In this document: one piece after another, positions 61,537-64,000 of the stretch
Numbering within the stretch: the stretch's first letter is position 1
Layout of the letters: every line of letters begins with the position of its first letter
IMG/VR virus record: IMGVR_UViG_3300031227_000013
Source: a virus
Length of the DNA stretch: 64,000 nt
Reading direction: 5' to 3' (one strand)
Program-made: the position numbers and the translations under genes
The notes under the pieces: model-generated
Databases searched by the model: none
Seen by the model: only the letters and a program-made list of their open reading frames with translations
What the model was told of the DNA's origin: nothing

Positions 61537-63859
61537 TTCTTTTCTCCTTCTTATCTCTGAGTATATCTATAAGTTTGTGTACAGAATATCCTATAGGAAG
61601 ACTCGCCAGCCCCAACAGGCCTGCTCCCCTCAATGTCTTCATACGTTTAGCATTCCTGATAAGTCTAGGTAAATGTGTCTTCCTTAACTTACCTGCTCCT
61701 TTAGACATATTCCTGAGTAACTGCCTGCTCCTTATAACCAGATCCTTTTCAGATACCTTGTCATCAAAAATAACTTTAATCCATTCCTCGGGAGTCTGGG
61801 CCATAGATACTCCCTTATACTTACTCGCCAGTATTTTATTACCTTTATTCCACCAATCAAGATCCACATGCGTCATACGTTCTAAAGCTTTTTTCGAATC
61901 TCCCGGAAAATCTTTCCACAACATGTTGGGTATAGTACCTGGCTTGGATATTAATTTAAATTCTAAATCCCTTAAAGCATTCTGGGCTGGGTGTAATATA
62001 AGTTTAGAAGGTAAGCCCAGAGATTCGAATAAAGAAGATGTACCGCTACTTCCTATAATGGTATCACTGATACGCTGGGTGGCAATATATGCATCTCTGG
62101 GGAGTCTGTCGAAACCTATAATATCCGGCAGTTTATGCACTAAGCCTCCCAGAGGACTTGTCCCTCCCGCCATTACAGCCACTATCTGTACATCATCCAG
62201 TCTGCCTATCTTCTTAAGGGCTGTTCTTAATTTCAAAGCTCTGTATGCCACCTGGTCTCCCCGGCCTGACCCTACTATTGTAACAATACGTTTATTACCT
62301 ATGTTTTTAAACAACATGCTATTCTTGGGGCTGATAGCTACATCGGGGTTATTAAGGATTATCTTGTTAAGAGCATCTACTTTACTTATAGTGGAGATTT
62401 TCTTAGTCACACCTATATCCAATAAAGAAGGGCCCTTATCCGATGTCATCAACTGCTTCATATCTTTAGCTGTATCTCCAGTATCTCCCCAGGTTATCAT
62501 TTTATCTTTAATCAGTGGCTTTTTATGATTTCTTATAACCTTCTGTTCTTTATAAGGAGTGGTTTCTGCCATTTCACCTGCGTCTGTTAAGTATCCCACA
62601 TATCCTCCAGGAGCTATTTTACGACTCACATTACTTACTTGATGTCCTCCTATAAGTCTTCGAAATGGGTTCTCAATAGCTCCTGAATCTACGGCAGCTC
62701 CCATCCCTGTGGAGAAATACAGATCGAAAGGAGTATTGGATAGATTGGCAGGGACCAGCCCTGCTTTACCTCTTATGTCTTTAATAAGTTTAACTCTTTT
62801 ATCATTAGCTGTTAGACCCTCTAGCATATTTTCCAGGACTTTCCCCGGAGTCTTATGTCCCGCACCCCACTGAGCTTGTTCCCCCCAAGACAGCCCTACA
62901 TTAAGAGGACGCCTGATAGTTCCTACTCCGTGAGCTGCAAGTCCTGTACCACCTACTAATCCGGCGGCAGGTATGATTGTATTATCTGCTATACCTTCGG
63001 AAGCTTTCTTAAGAACAGATTTCTCTCCCTGTTTCCTGCGTAACAAAGCAGCCAGTCCCAAGATAGTCATAGCTCCTCCGGCAATAACAGCTCCCAGCCC
63101 TGCCTTTTTAAGTTTAGGGAATATTTTGTTTATAGTCGGATTGATAGTCTGTGAATATACGGAAGACCACCCACGTAAACTATCTTTAGCACTCCCCCCT
63201 ATCTGCAAAAAAGCATGTCTTAATTTATCCACTACCTTTTTGTAAGTTTCCGGACTCATCTTATTAAGTTTGGATAATCTTGCAGATAGGGGAACATCCA
63301 TATCACTTAAAAATTTGTAATGTTCCGGTATATCTTCTCCGAAAGCATCCCAGATATGCTTATTGAACATATACTTCTTAGTAGCTTTTTGATTGGACTT
63401 ATAGAACATATTGTAATGGTGTAGAAGACTATTTTTTTCATCTGTAATATGCTTAGTATTGTAAGCGGCGTCCCAGATTTCCTGAGGGATATTAGATCTT
63501 GTCAACCGCATCGCTTTAAGTGTGAGCTTATCTCTTAAAATAGCCGCATTAGCTCCAGCAGATACTTTACCCTTTATAGCCCAGAGGGGGACAGGCATGC
63601 CCAGTATCTTACTGCGCAGAGTCTCCCGACCTCCTTTAACATACTTCTTAAGAGCTTTGTTATAGGAAGCCAGACTGGGAACTTCAGTATCTCCCAATAG
63701 ACCTGTACCTCTTTCCCAGTCTGTCAGGTGCATCCCGATATCCTGTATATCTCGGGATGCTTTCCCTGCGGCCAGGCCTGCTCCTGTTAGGCCAGTACCT
63801 CCAAGAATGTAGGATAATTCCTTTTTAGTAACAGCCGGATCTTTTTCAATAGTATTCAT
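61511..63859 (-). CDS. Membrane-associated protein containing a GT-B (GT28/MurG/UgtP-like) glycosyltransferase region
   Basis: WGAGHKTPGKVL, IVTIVGSG, IVAVMAGG, ISDTIIGSSGTSSLFESL..P..LI; TM segments; LKKAS. Confidence 0.55.
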   Translation of the reverse strand: MNTIEKDPAVTKKELSYILGGTGLTGAGLAAGKASRDIQDIGMHLTDWERGTGLLGDTEVPSLASYNKALKKYVKGGRETLRSKILGMPVPLWAIKGKVSAGANAAILRDKLTLKAMRLTRSNIPQEIWDAAYNTKHITDEKNSLLHHYNMFYKSNQKATKKYMFNKHIWDAFGEDIPEHYKFLSDMDVPLSARLSKLNKMSPETYKKVVDKLRHAFLQIGGSAKDSLRGWSSVYSQTINPTINKIFPKLKKAGLGAVIAGGAMTILGLAALLRRKQGEKSVLKKASEGIADNTIIPAAGLVGGTGLAAHGVGTIRRPLNVGLSWGEQAQWGAGHKTPGKVLENMLEGLTANDKRVKLIKDIRGKAGLVPANLSNTPFDLYFSTGMGAAVDSGAIENPFRRLIGGHQVSNVSRKIAPGGYVGYLTDAGEMAETTPYKEQKVIRNHKKPLIKDKMITWGDTGDTAKDMKQLMTSDKGPSLLDIGVTKKISTISKVDALNKIILNNPDVAISPKNSMLFKNIGNKRIVTIVGSGRGDQVAYRALKLRTALKKIGRLDDVQIVAVMAGGTSPLGGLVHKLPDIIGFDRLPRDAYIATQRISDTIIGSSGTSSLFESLGLPSKLILHPAQNALRDLEFKLISKPGTIPNMLWKDFPGDSKKALERMTHVDLDWWNKGNKILASKYKGVSMAQTPEEWIKVIFDDKVSEKDLVIRSRQLLRNMSKGAGKLRKTHLPRLIRNAKRMKTLRGAGLLGLASLPIGYSVHKLIDILRDKKEKRNEQDSLLP

Positions 63860-63860
63860 A

Positions 63861-64000
63861 TTATACCTTAGGAGGGTTTTTATCTCCTGTAAGGATTTGA
63901 TATCCTTCAGGATCTTTTCTTTTAGCTTTGTTATTGAAGTTAATAGCCTTATGTTTGAGAGGCCCTACATTCTCTTTACGATATGTTGTCCACAGCATCT
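63861..64000 (-). CDS. 3' end of a gene entering from outside the window
   Basis: Open frame ..TTYRKENVGPLKHKAINF..KNPPKV-stop. Confidence 0.4.
   Translation of the reverse strand, partial: MLWTTYRKENVGPLKHKAINFNNKAKRKDPEGYQILTGDKNPPKV

Noticed and set aside
59941-62528. Plus-strand ORFs 59941-60465 (Tyr-rich) and 61575-62528
   Set aside because: Antisense to well-supported minus-strand genes; composition mirrors the repeats and no plus-strand expression signals are visible
1-64000. Stop-codon reassignment as in some large phages
   Set aside because: Conserved genes (RNAP, MCP, portal, radical SAM) are full length in the standard code

Overview
The window looks like part of a large tailed dsDNA phage genome. 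Essentially all credible genes lie on the minus strand, with Shine-Dalgarno sites, frequent TAATG/ATGA gene coupling and the standard genetic code. Read in transcription order (right to left), it contains: (1) a portal gene flanked by about a dozen small unrelated genes that start with a shared 15-aa leader, M(N/D)KxA(F/Y)xxGY..(E)KxA; (2) a multisubunit RNA polymerase encoded as a beta/beta'-N fusion plus a separate beta'-C gene, carrying three inteins and placed inside the virion module; (3) prohead protease, scaffold, two paralogous decoration-like proteins and an HK97-like major capsid protein, several of them rich in K-x-A motifs; (4) a free-standing LAGLIDADG endonuclease, an about 320-nt highly structured putative ncRNA, small accessory genes and a tRNA-Glu; (5) very large poly-Ser fibre/spike-like proteins with LamG, beta-propeller and beta-helix domains; (6) an adjacent 8-kb glycan/modification locus with several glycosyltransferases, a Maf/GT29-like transferase, a kinase-methyltransferase fusion, a dNMP kinase and a B12 radical SAM enzyme. 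The best candidates for undescribed systems are the leader-tagged, protease-processed capsid cargo set, the virion-module RNAP, a possible virion O-glycosylation system, the structured ncRNA, a repeated hairpin-like promoter cassette and a 14-bp palindrome recurring every 21 kb or so. All assignments come from motif recognition by eye; no database searches were run.
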